Position numbers and translations under genes: made by a program
Part shown: one piece after another, positions 63,124 through 64,000 of the stretch
Layout: each line of letters opens with the position of its first letter
How positions within the stretch are numbered: the first letter of the stretch is position 1
DNA from: Desulfobacterales bacterium
GTDB taxonomy: Bacteria > Desulfobacterota > Desulfobacteria > Desulfobacterales > UBA2174
Assembly (NCBI GenBank): GCA_963668645.2
Contig: CAXXWC010000021.1
Coordinates: 704,001 to 768,000, forward strand
Direction: 5' to 3'
DNA: 64,000 bases
The notes under the pieces: generated by a model
Database searches by the model: none
What the model was told of the DNA's origin: nothing
Seen by the model: the letters and a program-made list of their open reading frames with translations, nothing else

Positions 63124-63825
63124 TTATCCTTTTTGGTGGAGGCCCTGAGGTGGAGTCATCATTTCAGTGGCCAGATCTTCAAAGGTGCGGTCGTCAACAC
63201 AGCCGATAAGGGCGTACAGATAACGTCGCATCTTCACCGGATCCTTGACCTGGCGGATTTCCATCGAAGCGTCGGACAGGTACCGGGTGACATCATGGAA
63301 GGCCCCCATGAAAAGCACTCCCCGCTCTGCGGGCTTAAGGGTTGCGCCGATGGTCTGGGCGACAAACCGGTCCCGCTTTTCAAGGATCTGGTCACCGGCG
63401 GCCTTGTAGCCCAGCAAAGCCGCAGTGCTCTCGTAATGAGATTGCCTGCGGGCCAGTTCCAGGACCCTCTGATACTCCAGTTTCAACAGGCCGATATCCT
63501 CTGTGGGCTGCAACCAGGCGCCCCGCTGCAAGAGGTCGAGGACCACCTGGTGATTGCGGCTGCCGGTGGCGGCGCCCTCCCGGATGATTCTCAGTCCAAG
63601 CGCTCCGCCGCTCATCATCCCGTCCTGATAAATCTTGAGGCCACGGGCATCGATGATCTTGAAAAAAGCGTCGATCCCGCTCCAGAACCGGTCTACAACG
63701 GCTTTATGCCGGTTCCAGCGGTTCCCGGGGCAGACCTCTCGGCGCCGCCGTTCGATCGTCGGCCCCAGGCTTCCCAAATCCGAAACTCCGTGAACCACCG
63801 GCACATGGTAAAGGAATGGCTTCAT
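63124..63825 (-). CDS. Conserved hypothetical protein in the gas vesicle cluster, possibly TraB/Tiki/EreA-like fold
   Basis: PVVH..SDLGS, IYQDG, TED, KRDRFVAQTI, GVLFMGAFH; start at ATG 63825 (ATGA overlap). Confidence 0.65.
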   Translation of the reverse strand: MKPFLYHVPVVHGVSDLGSLGPTIERRRREVCPGNRWNRHKAVVDRFWSGIDAFFKIIDARGLKIYQDGMMSGGALGLRIIREGAATGSRNHQVVLDLLQRGAWLQPTEDIGLLKLEYQRVLELARRQSHYESTAALLGYKAAGDQILEKRDRFVAQTIGATLKPAERGVLFMGAFHDVTRYLSDASMEIRQVKDPVKMRRYLYALIGCVDDRTFEDLATEMMTPPQGLHQKG

Positions 63826-64000
63826 CCGTCGGGGACACACGGTTTCATGCACCGAATCCGTCCCCAACCGCCGGCAGGTCTCTCTTCAAAGCAGATCCGA
63901 TCGTCACGACAGTTGTCGCAAAGGGTCCGATAAGCGCGGGCAATGGTTTCAAACCTTGTCTGGACCGCCTTATCCCCCGGAAAAAGGTCCGGATGGAACG
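63822..64000 (-). CDS. C-terminal J-domain (DnaJ-type) of a gene truncated by the window edge; not in the ORF track
   Basis: Manual translation FHPDLFPGDKAVQTRFETIARAYRTL...PDG* shows HPD plus helix III; stop overlaps the ATG of the next gene. Confidence 0.8.
   Translation of the reverse strand, partial: FHPDLFPGDKAVQTRFETIARAYRTLCDNCRDDRICFEERPAGGWGRIRCMKPCVPDG

Overview
GC-rich chromosomal window, most likely from a Desulfobacterota (deltaproteobacterial) anaerobe; the taxon is inferred from gene content and synteny, not proven. It has three zones. (1) 1-17 kb is mostly housekeeping: the end of a TPR-repeat gene with near-identical 126-bp repeats, an amidohydrolase, a SprT/DUF2786 protein, a cyclase-FHA plus PP2C pair, OmpH, ispD, an extended HPr, a minimal SufC/SufB pair, RNase P RNA, zinc-ribbon and Nif3 genes, tRNA(CAT), rpoD, dnaG and hisB. 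(2) 17.3-54.3 kb is a ~37-kb minus-strand signalling island with eight histidine kinases (one frameshifted at a G8 tract). It also holds a receiver-KaiB fusion with no kaiC in view, CheR/CheB with a methyl-accepting coiled-coil kinase and a kinase-less twin, orphan substrate-binding proteins, a pilin, a diguanylate cyclase, a MshEN-PilB-REC ATPase and a GAF adenylate cyclase. (3) 54.4-64 kb is the distal half of an archaeal-type gas vesicle cluster (gvpF-G-O-J-K-L-M order). It includes GvpM-GRAM and GvpJ-zinc-ribbon fusions and an embedded chaperone set: J-domain, Hsp70, GRAM-HTH-Hsp20 and a double-domain ArsA/Get3 ATPase. All calls come from motif recognition by eye; no searches were run.
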